In this document: positions 1-10,900 of the stretch, piece by piece
How the letters are laid out: every line of letters starts with the position of its first letter
How positions within the stretch are numbered: the first letter of the stretch is position 1
Source: Tubiluchus corallicola
Taxonomy: Eukaryota > Animalia > Priapulida
Length of the DNA stretch: 64,000 nt
Assembly: GCA_030141605.1 (NCBI GenBank)
Contig: JAQGDQ010000676.1
Location: 50,609 to 114,608 of the forward strand
Direction: 5' to 3'
Translations under genes and position numbers: made by a program
Notes under the pieces: generated by a model
What the model saw: the letters and a program-made list of their open reading frames with translations, nothing else
Told to the model about the DNA's origin: nothing
Databases searched by the model: none

Positions 1-176
1 ACCACAAGCTTTAGCATCAATTGTATTATTTAGTGCCTTGGGGATAAGATTGACTACCCCTCCTGGGGCGACTGTGTCATCTTCTGGTTGCAAACTGAAT
101 GCCAGTTCACGCTGAATGTTGAACCTCTTATTTTCTTTGTAAATTGGCATCGAAGCGAAGCTGAATGTTTGCCAAA
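1..176 (-). CDS. Possible coding exon of a gene running off the left edge
   Basis: tttag acceptor at 178-177, then an open frame WQTFSFASMPIYKENKRFNIQRELAFSLQPEDDTVAPGGVVNLIPKALNNTIDAKACG to position 1. No family recognised. Confidence 0.25.
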
Positions 177-1261
177 CTAAACATTACTTGCCAGTTGAAA
201 GCCAACAAGACTATTTTTGTTTCAGCTACAAATCTTTTTCAGTTTTAAGCTACGCCAGAAAGGACATTTGTTTTTTGTTAGACAAAATGTTTACAGATGT
301 AACAGCACAAGCATTTGCATAATTTTATTTACTATAACTGTTTGCTATTAATTTGATTTTGATCTGTTTTCCTATTCAAATCTTTATTTTGTTCTAACAA
401 TATTTGCTCGCCATGCCGAAATTAGTAGACTCACTATTTAGGGATGGCAGGCTAGATGACCTTTTGCTCTTTCGCCATCCCGCCCTTCTTTAATCTTTCT
501 AAATCATTGTTATATACTATTTATGATTGTTATTTTGAAGGCAAAAAATAAATTATCAATATAAAATCTTGTCTTGTGATGATCATTCATATATTTTATT
601 ATATTCAGTACGTGATAAAAAAAACATAAAAAATCTCTTTCGACTAGCTATTCGTTAACTAACATGCTAAAAAAAAATTGCGCATTGACAGCGACTTGAA
701 CTCGAACAGGAAATCAAACGTGGTAGAATTTATGACATAATACCTTGTATAGGAATAAAAAGAATAAAAATGAATATCACTTGGCTGAAGCACATTTTTA
801 TTTCAACGCTAAAAAGAAACTCATAACATGGTTTACACAGCGTGTGAGCCAAGAACAAACCAAATCTAAATTCAGATCAAATCTGTATCTAACATAAATG
901 CCTAAGTAAAATGGTAAACAAAAATCAAATTAGTGTATATTTTATACGAGATTTTAAAGCAAAGCTGATACAGTATAATGAGCTTCAGACAGAACTGTAC
1001 ATCTCTGATGCAAAAATAGCAACAGCTTGAACCAGTGGCGGCTCGTGCATAAATACTGTGGAACTGCAGCACCCCCTATTTTCACTCAATATTCAACCAA
1101 TCAATCAATTTATTTCACTCCAGCAATACATGTACAATACATCAACATACAATATTATTGAAAATGTAGGTAAAAAAACAGTATAGGTAAAAAAACGTTG
1201 ATAAAGTCAAATTAACCAAATAAAAAAAGTTGCTGTATGACACCTTGAAAGCTTGGCTTGT

Positions 1262-1550
1262 TAGGGTGGCAGAAATGAGTGAATGAAAGAATGGTTAGGG
1301 TTAGTAGACATGATGGAATGGAAAAAATAGTAAGATTGGGGATAGGAAGAAGGAAGGGAGGAGAGGATGAGTGAATGAAAGAATGGTTAGGGTTAGTAGA
1401 CATGATGGAATGGAAAAATAGTGAGATTAGGGATAGGAAGAAGGAAGGGAGGGTAGGATGAGTGAATGAAAGAATGGTTAGGGTTAGTAGACATGATGGA
1501 ATGGAAAAAATAGTAAGATTGGGGATAGGAAGAAGGAAAAGAGGAGAAGA
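1262..1550. repeat. Purine-rich tandem repeat, ~103-bp unit, ~2.7 copies
   Basis: gagtgaatgaaagaatggttagggttagtagacatgatggaatggaaaa recurs near 1277, 1369 and 1460. Confidence 0.85.
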
Positions 1551-1997
1551 AACAACAACAGTGTATGTTTAATTTATAGAGTCATATTATCGATAATAAT
1601 TAATATAACAAGTCTTTTTTCTTTAGTTCTTTCTTTATGATTGTACGGAACCAGAACACGTGGGTGTAGTACTGTTTGCTTCACAGCTCAGCACACTCGT
1701 GTGTTTATTGTGCGCATACGGCCATGCTCACATGTCTGAGATAACACGGTGCATGCTGCACTGCTAGCGTCTGCTGCTAGGTAGAGAAAGTACTGTCCCT
1801 CACACAGTTTGTTGTCAGTTGTCACGTGCTTAAAAATCGTGTAACGGCATATTGTTAAACTGAGGCAATTTAGGCTATTAGTAAGCAAAAAGTTTAGGAT
1901 TTCATCAAGTTGATGTGCAAATTTTTGTATGTTTGTTTAAAATTACAATTACACAATACATCATTAAAATTACATTTACATTTGTCTCGTTTTAAAT

Positions 1998-2520
1998 CAG
2001 GGGTGTGCAAATTATCTGACTAGCCGGGCCACATTAAACTTTCCGGCAATTCCTGTGGGCCACAGGCAGTTTGATCAAGGAGCCAAGTACAGAAAGGCTT
2101 AATAACGATTTTTTTGCATCCGACCTGCGTACGTCATTACTACTACACTCAAGAAACTATTTTAGAAGTTATTAAAGTTTATATTGCAAACCATATATTT
2201 CAACTTTCAGGACAGATAGTGGTAATTTCATTACAATGCATATTAGTAATGTGTATCACACAGTCTGTTCATTACAATGCATATTAGTAACGTGTATCAC
2301 ACAGTGTGTGTAGTACAGTGACATTAAGCTACAACCGTCTTGTAAGGGTTAATGGCATCCGATCTAGTAGAAAAAACTACCCGCACTATCTTTGGGATCG
2401 TGGCACGGACTTCAGCTGGATACACTCAATTAATCGCCCGGGCCACACTTTCATTAGGTTGACAAATCTCTTCGCGGGCCGCAAAAATTCTCTCGGCGGG
2501 CCGCAATTTGCACACCTCTG
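1998..2520. mobile_element. hAT-like non-autonomous element (MITE)
   Basis: TIRs CAGGGGTGTGCAAATT / AATTTGCACACCTCTG, subterminal gcgggcc motifs, and 8-bp flanks ttttaaat / ttttaaag (7/8 TSD match). Confidence 0.8.
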
Positions 2521-3493
2521 TTTTAAAGAATGACAAATTTTGTGAAGCAGGACCTCCACTAATTTTAATTAATTACGAGATGGCACTGGCTGGAACACAT
2601 TAAAGTCAAAATATTCACATGTGAAGGTATAAACTCAGCAGTATAGAATTGAAACTACAAATCACAAAATAAATACAACGAAATACACTAATCACTAATC
2701 ACTGGTATTACATAGTTATGTACTTCCAAACCAAAACCGTTCACAAGTCGGCATAGTTGAAACTACGTTACAATGTTTCAAAGCAGAATGCACCAAAACT
2801 TTGGTCAAATATCAAATATTTTTTATAAATACAAATGCTAAGTACATTGGGCTTTTATATTCTAGTATCAAATTATCAAGAAAATGTTCAAAAAATACTA
2901 TAAATCTAATTTTATAACCCTGTACCCAGTTTTCTGGGTAGAAACAACTACTGCATTTGTCAAAAACTGGTATTTTCAAACTCTGATTGTAGCTCGTGGA
3001 AGCAATCATTTTGCTTCGGGTTTTTCTGTTGACAAGCCCAGATCTTCTTCAGGAAGAGCCCGCCTACTGGATATAAACATAACTTCAATGTGTTCTTGCA
3101 AAATCCATAGCAACCAACATTTGTGCGGTTGCTAAGTGTTTTGTAGAAACGTGACAAAAAACAATGTCTGACTTTAACAGTGCTTTTCTCAAGATTATGT
3201 TTTTGAGTGTGCAGCCTGCACCTCAACTTTAACGTGGATTATCTCAGTTTAGAAATAACATAGAGCGATGAACTTGGTATGAAAATGATCCTCATGAAAA
3301 GATTCAGGATATGTGAATAACTAGAAAAGTTTAATTGCCGACTTATGTACGATTTTGCTAAGCAAGCTCACAGTTTGCGATTCGATATGAGATTATAAGA
3401 GAATTATACGAAGCATGATGTAAGTCGGAACATATTAAAATGGCTGTACATTGTGCGCTAACTTGAGGCTTATCATAACGTAGAATCACTAGT

Positions 3494-4871
3494 CAGTGGC
3501 GTAGCTAATGGGGGAGGAAGGGGAGCAACCGTCCCCCAGCACGTTTTTTCAAAATTTGCACCTTTCAACAATTTTTTAGTTCATTAATTGAGTTGCTGAG
3601 TAATCTTTAGAGGGTTGAAACAGATAAAGTCCTTCCTTCGTTCTACAATGGAGGAGGATAGATTGTCTGAGTTTAGCTTTGCTCTCCATTGAAAGAGAGT
3701 TGACTACTGAGGTGGATTATCATAAAGAGGATAGATTGTCTGGGTTAGCTTTGCTGTCCATTGAAAGAGAGGTGGTTACTGAGGTGGATTGTAATAAAGA
3801 GGATAGATTGTCTGGGTTAGCTTTGCTGTCCATTGAAAGAGAGTTGGCAACTGAGATGGATTATAATAAAGAGGATAGATTGTCTGGGTTAGCTTTGCTC
3901 TTTATTGAAAGAGAGTTGGTTAATGAGCTGGATTATAATAAAGAGGTTAGATTGTCTGGGTTTAGCTTTGATCTCCATTGAAAGAGAGTTGGCTACTGAG
4001 GTGGATTATCATAAAGAGGTTAGATTGTCTGGGTTAGCTTTGCTCTTTATTGAAAGAGAGTTGGCTACTGAGATGGATTATAATAAAGAGGATAGATTGT
4101 CTGGGTTAGCTTTGCTCTCCATTGAAAGAGAGTTGGCTAGTGAGGTGGATTATCATAAAGAGGATAGATTGTCTGGGTTAGCTTTGATCTCCATTGAAAG
4201 AGAGTTGGCTACTGAGGTGGATTATAATAAAGAGGATAGATCGTCTGGGTTAGCTTTGATCTCCATTGAAAGAGAGTTGCTTACTGAGGGGGATTATAAT
4301 AAAGAGGATAGATTGTCTGGGTTAGCTTTGCTCTCCATTGAAAGAGAGTTGGCTACTGAGGTGGATTATAATAAAGAGGATAGATTGTCTGGGTTAGCTT
4401 TGATCTCCATTGAAAGAGAGTTGGCTACGGAGGTGGATTATAATAAAGAGGATAGATTGTCTGGGTTAGCTTTGCTGTCCATTGAAAGAGAGTTGACTAC
4501 CGAGGTGGATTATAATAAAGTTATGAATTACTTTACTAGAATGAAGCCTAGATGAAAGAGACTGTTGTAGTTCCGTCATGATACATTTTCACAATGGTTC
4601 ATTTTGTTTTCACTTTACGTTTAAAATTAGAATAATTAAATAACACATCATGTTTTCATTGTTTTGAGATTCACGAGCCTACTGTAAACTTTTAATTGCA
4701 TTTTGATTTTAAATACAAAATAACAATTATGCACTTCCTTTAAAATTGTATCTTCCTGCTGTTTTGATTTTAAACAGAAAATTAGAATGTATGACCAATG
4801 CGTTAAAAATTGTTTGACACCTTTTTTATGTGCCCTACTCCCCCTAACTTTAGAACCTAGCTACGCCCCTG
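3494..4871 (+). mobile_element. Internally deleted hAT transposon keeping the transposase C-terminal dimerisation region, tandemly amplified
   Basis: TIRs CAGTGGCGTAGCTA / TAGCTACGCCCCTG; 8-bp TSD tcactagt / tcactagc. Internal translation LKQIKSFLRSTMEEDRLSGLALLSIERELxxEVDYNKVMNYF matches the hATC motif. Confidence 0.85.
3652..4520 (+). repeat. 72-bp minisatellite, ~12 copies, inside the hAT element
   Basis: Unit encodes EDRLSGLALLSIERELATEVDYNK (ORFs 3679-3981 and 3905-4555). Confidence 0.9.
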
Positions 4872-4950
4872 TCACTAGCAGATACAATAAATGATACTCA
4901 TATGTATCATGAGCATCATGAGCATATTCCATAATCTAAAATAACAATGA

Positions 4951-7900
4951 CTAGTAGAAGGAACCGACGTAGCTGATACTTGAATGATTCGCATGAGGTA
5001 ACGATCTGGGCTTCCAATATAACTGATTGTAACTCACTGGAAAACAAATTTAAAACTAAATAATATAAAACTAACTAATAAACTAACTAAAATAAATAAA
5101 CTCATTTAATATTTACAGACGATGCATAGTTTCTGCATTTCCATGACTGCAGACTTTTCAAAACATTTACAGTCAACCTCGGGTATAAGGTACTCGCTTA
5201 TGAGGGACCACCAACACAGGTCCCGATTTTATGTAACGTTTTTCCTATGTAAAAATCTTCGTATATAAGGTACTCGGATATAAGGGACTTTCCGTCATAA
5301 GGGACGATATCTTCAGGTACCGTGTATTAGAAACCTTATTATTAATAATAATTAGAAACCGTGTAAATTACCTCGCATATGAGGGACCTTATGATCAAAG
5401 CGAAATTGATCGATTTTTAAGCTCAATTTTTCGCAAACTCGGCCCTCAAACAGCTCAGTTTCAGTGGCCACATGCATCTCGCATCACTGAAGGAGCTTCC
5501 TACATACCATTTGCATTGAATGTGTAGCAACAATACATAAAAATATGGGTATGTGAAAAAGGCTTTTGTCAATATATGTGGCAACATAAACCAAACTGCT
5601 TTAGTGGCACAAACACTTTATTATTGACTCTCTTTCCTGTATACTACGCTGTGACTACTAGATTAAAACTGTAAAAGCTCAAATCAGTTGAAACTGGTTA
5701 ACCTTGGGTAATGCATATCAGAAACCAGTCAGGTGAGAAAATGATTCACTGTAGTCTAACTTGCTGTAAAGTTGTAATGTTACTAAAGTTTATAAAGTTC
5801 ATAAACAAACTCGTGAATCAGTTCACGACACAACAAGAAGAAGAACAACTCAAGTAAAGGTGAGAAAATGATTCACTGTAGTCTACCTTCCTGTAAAGTT
5901 GTAATGTTGCTAAAGTTTATAAAGTTCATAAACAAACTCATGAATCAGTTCACGACAGGGTAAAGATACAGAAAAGTACCGGTCTAGATACACCCTCGGT
6001 CTGACTCAACATCGGCTATAAGGGACATCGGATATAAAGGACAATTTTTTCTGGTCCGGAGGTGTCCCTTATATCCGAGGTTGACTGTAGGCAGCCCATT
6101 ATGCGCTAATTAAGTAGTTAACAAAAGCCAGAGAAGTAATAAATAAACAGATCGCAGAACTATTGCACGTCCTTGTGGAATCCAGAATCCATCTTTTCTC
6201 AACTGAGCAAGCAAATGTTTTGGTCCTGCATGGCCAAGTCGTTCATGTGCATCTAGAATCACCAAACGAGTAAACTTGGATTCCTTAGGCAACAAAATGG
6301 GATGGATTGTTCCATATGGTAAATTGGCATTCTGAATTCTGCCGAGGCTTCGGATTATTCCATCTTTATCTAAAAAGAGATCCAACTGTTTGGTTCGATA
6401 ATGTTTCACATTTTTATTACTACCAGTCAAGGCTTTCAGTTCTTCTCCATAAAAAGCTTTTGTACTGCTTTAGTCCATATGAACGAAGCTTCTTGCAGAT
6501 TTTCAGCCTTTATCTGGCCAGAGATACTTTTGCCTCGTATACGGTTCAAAAACATGTGAACTCGGCATGTCACACGAAGTAATTTCTGTAAAGATGAGAA
6601 GCGGCTGATATCCATTTCAAAGGGCATGACAGATGGAGTTTCTTCCAATTTGGGAATTTTCTCCTTGCCAGCATAGTTTCTTGACAAAAGTGCAACAGCT
6701 TCTTCTTCTTCTTGAAGACTTGGTGTACACGGCAGATCAACAGGCCATTCTTCATGATCTTTAGTGAGAAACTTTGGCCCTCCCCACCAAACAGAGTTGC
6801 TGATCAATTGTGATACGGTACAACCTTTCGTTGCTAAATCAGCCGGGTTTTCATTTGTAGGAATGTAGCGAAAAATGAGAGCAGTGTTCGATTTAATCTC
6901 TTTAATGCGATTCTCCACAACTAAACTTTTTAGACAAGTACTACGCAGCCACCATAGAAATATTTGTGAATCTGACCACATGTATTCTTGTTGGATTTCA
7001 AATCCAAGATGCTTCTTGACAAACGAAAGCAAACGTACACCAATCCAAACACCCATTAGTTCCAGCCTTGGCAATGTTGTGATCTTCTTTGGAGCTACTC
7101 TGGCTTTTGCCATGATAAAGTTTGCAGAACGGACGTCATCTTGGTGCTTTACTAGGTACACCACTGCAGCAAAGGCTTTAAGGGAAGCATCAGCAAAACA
7201 ATGTAAATCATAAGTACATTCCTCATTGTTGAAGCCGATGTAGCGTTTAAGTGTTATGTCTGATACTGTTTTTAATTCGCATGTAATTTTATTCCAATCC
7301 CTTTTGTAGTTTTCTGGAAGTTCCTGATCCCAGTCAAATTGTTCCTTCCACAACTGCTGAGTTAAGAATTTTGCAGGCATTGCAACAGGCAGAACCATTC
7401 CAATTGGATCAAAAACCCGTGCAAATGCTTGAGTGATGATTCTTTTAGTTGGAGTAGATTCAAAGTCACATTTTGGATGGATTATGTCCTCTTTAATGTT
7501 CCATCCAAGCCCAAGTTGCTTGACCTGATTAGAATTTACTCTGTCATGCTCTGGAATAGATTCCATAAACTCACTGCAGTTTGATGTGTATTCTCGAAGG
7601 TTAATTGACATTTGGGAAAATATTTCTTTACTCTCTTTATAGAGCAAGGCAGATTTGAACATTTTCTACCAACTGAATCAAGAAATACCCTTACAGGAAC
7701 TGACTGACCAGTTTCTTGATTAAAAAGCCATGTACTAGCTGTCTGGAAAAACACTGATGGTGTCACTGACATCAATGTGGCTGCTTCACTCACACAGTTA
7801 CTAATTGAAGAAGAAGCTTGTACCCAAGGTAAACCTGGAGTAAATGAAGCTTGAGACTGCGTCTCCACTGATGGCGTCACTGACATCAATGTGGCTGCTT

Positions 7901-10900
7901 AACTCACACAGTTACTAATTGAAGAAGAAGCTTGTACCCAAGGTAAACCTGGTGTAAATGAAGCTTGAGGTGTCCCAATTGATGGTGAAGAACTCTGAGA
8001 TGAGGCTTGAGAAATAGGCACTTCCTTTCCAAATGCTCGGAAACACATCGCTGAATTATGATTATCAGCTTGACAATGAAAGCATGGTTTAGAATGTGAA
8101 TGTGACGATGTAGTGCTATGCACTTTTAAACAAACATTGCACAAGCCCAATTGTGTGGCTCTATTTTCTCGTGAAGGAATATCTGGAAACTTCTGACATC
8201 TATCTGCCCAATGAGACTGTCCACAGAATATGCACTTACTTCGCTGCTGCTTCTTAGTTTTCTTACCATTACCATGGGCATTGGAATCAGCTAGTAAAGC
8301 ATGGGCTGCAGACTGGATACCAGGCTTTGAGACTGTTGGTTTTTTTTCTGTTTTGCTCAGTCCTTGACCACCGGGCATTGGAATCAGCTAGTAAAGCATG
8401 GGCTGCAGACTGGATACCAGACTTTGAGACTGTTGGTCTTTGCTCTGTTTTGCTCAGTCCTTGACCACCGGGCATTGGAATCAGCTAGTAAAGCATGGGC
8501 TGCAGACTGGATACCAGACTTTGAGACTGTTGGTTTTTGTTCTGTTTTGCTCAGTCCTTGACCACCGGGCATTGGAATCAGCTAGTAAAGCATGGGCTGC
8601 AGACTGGATACCAGACTTTGAGACTGTTGGTCTTTGCTCTGTTTTGCTCAGTCCTTGACCACCGGGCATTGGAATCAGCTAGTAAAGCATGGGCTGCAGA
8701 CTGGATACCAGACTTTGAGACTGTTGGTTTTTGTTCTGTTTTGCTCAGTCCTTGACCACCGGGCATTGGAATCAGCTAGTAAAGCATGGGCTGCAGACTG
8801 GATACCAGACTTTGAGACTGTTGGTTTTTGTTCCGTTTTGCTCAGTCCTTGACCACCGGGCATTGGAATCAGCTAGTAAAGCATGGGCTGCAGACTGGAT
8901 ACCAGACTTTGAGACTGTTGGTTTTTGCTGTGTTTTGCTCAGTCCTTGACCACCGGGCATTGGAATCAGCTAGTAAAGCATGGGCTGCAGACTGGATACC
9001 AGACTTTGAGACTGTTGGTCTTTGCTCTGTTTTGCTCAGTCCTTGACCACCTAAGGTTCGAGCATCGATTTCAGTCTTAATCATCTGCTTTAAGGAATCC
9101 AGTGTCCATTCTCTGCATTCATTTCGCCGAGCTAAATCTGTTCGCACGCATGGAGGAAGTTTTGAATACAGCAGTGCTGGAAACATTGTCTGTACACTAA
9201 TATCACCCAGTGATTGTAAAGCACGAAAATGCACCATACAAGCATCATGGACTTCCTGTAGTCCTATTATTGTGTCAGGAGCTTCCTTCATTTGGAACAA
9301 TTTGAGAAAATGCTCTTGACGGACTAACTCTGGTTTATCATAGCGTTCGGTTAACAGCTCTACCATATGTCTGTAGCCTTCTGCCGTGGGTTGAAGCCCT
9401 TCAACTGTTGTCTTTGCCCTTCCTTCTAGAAAACTTAGCAAATAATTTGCTTTATCTATTAGTGAAAGATCATCTCTCTCATGCACAGCAGATTTGAAGG
9501 CACCCCAGAAAAAGTTCCATCGCATGGGGTCCCCTTTAAATTTCTCAATGTGCAGTTGAGGAAGTTTCGCTTTGCACCGTCGTCTCACAAATGTAGTTGC
9601 TGAATTAACAGTGACATGGTCATCGTCATTGCTGTCATCATCATCAGTAGCTGACGTATTTAACGCTTGACGTGAACCATATGCCTGAGACACAGGTGGC
9701 TGAACTACTGTTGGTTTTGTTTCTCTTTCTAGCTCCAACTTCTCTTGAATCAGCATACGAGATGCATCGACTTGCTCAACAAAAGTTTGGAGTTGATCCA
9801 GTAAAGGAAAACTTTCCACTCGCAGAGCCTCCTTCTCTATCTCATCATCCATTGTCTCTATTAATTCATCATAATGTTTTGTTAGTTCAGCGAAGTACCT
9901 TTTCATGGATGTTTGTGCTCCTTCTACAGCTGCTCTATGCTGAACAAAGGTTTCCTCTGTTGCCAAAAAAGGATTATTGTCACCAAGAACTTGCTGTGCA
10001 CGCTTAGTCAGTTGCTCAACTACTGAAATTAGCCTTTTCTTCTTCTGCGCTCTGGTATCAACTGGAATTTTGCCTTACACTGCAAATAGAACCTTTACAA
10101 AACAGCATACAAGGGTAAAGCCCTCCCCCGCACAAGGTAAAGGTAAAGGCAACAATGTAATACTGTGTTTAAGTAAAAATGTCAAAATGCTATAGCAGGC
10201 AAACAGGTAGATACCACATAGAAGAGGGTAAAAAGAAAAAGAATTTACTGTGAATCACAAAATCAGCATAATGAAAATCATTTTACTCACAGTCCTTCTA
10301 AATGTTACAGCATACCCAAGTAGTAGTGGGCACTGGCACCAATGTGAAAAAGGCTTTTGTCAACATATGTAGTAACATAAACCAAACTCCTTTAGTGGCA
10401 CAAACACTTTATTATTGACTGTCTTTTCTGTGTACTATGTTGTGACTACTAGATCAAAACTGTAAAAGCTCAAATCAGTTGAAACTGGTTAACCTTGGGT
10501 AATGCATATCAGAAACCAGTCAGGTGAGAAAATGATTCACTGTAGTCTAACTTGCTGTAAAGTTGTAATGTTGCTAAAGTTTATCAAGTTCATAAACAAA
10601 CTCATGAATCAGTTCACGACAGGGTAAAAGTACAGAAAAGTACCGGTCTAGATACACTCTCGGCCTGACTCAACTTCGGCTATAAGGGACATCGGATATA
10701 AAGGACGATTTTTTCCGGTCCGGAGGTGTCCCTTATATCCGAGGTTGACTGTAGGCAGCCCATTATGCGCTAATTAAGTAGTTAACAGAAGCCAAATAAG
10801 TAATGAATAAACAGACCAGTAAAGAAATTGATACAGCAACTAAACACTAATTATGTATTTGCAAAACTCAAATAGGTAATGATTAAACAGACTTGAAGAA

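Larger units (their letters stand above)
5552..10621 (-). mobile_element. BEL/Pao LTR retrotransposon, defective
   Basis: ~280-bp TG..CA LTRs at 5552-5830 and 10343-10621; 5-bp TSD GGGTA; PBS-like TGGTGCCAGTG inside the 5' LTR. Gag with DUF1759-like motif (KLPQLHIEKFKGDPMRW), three Zn knuckles, protease VFLDS, Pao RNase H-like region (LHCFADAS, LPRLELMG, WSDSQI, NPADLATKG) and integrase N-terminus HERLGHAG. Confidence 0.92.
5170..10751. mobile_element. Tc1/mariner (pogo/Tigger-like) MITE, interrupted by the BEL element; right end present twice
   Basis: ta-CAGTCAACCTCGGgTATAAGG at 5170; CCTTATATCCGAGGTTGACTG-ta ending at 6087 and again at 10751; internal ataaggga repeats; TA TSD. Confidence 0.8.

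Noticed and set aside
2812-3226. Overlapping short ORFs, possibly a transposase relic
   Set aside because: No recognisable motif or consistent frame.
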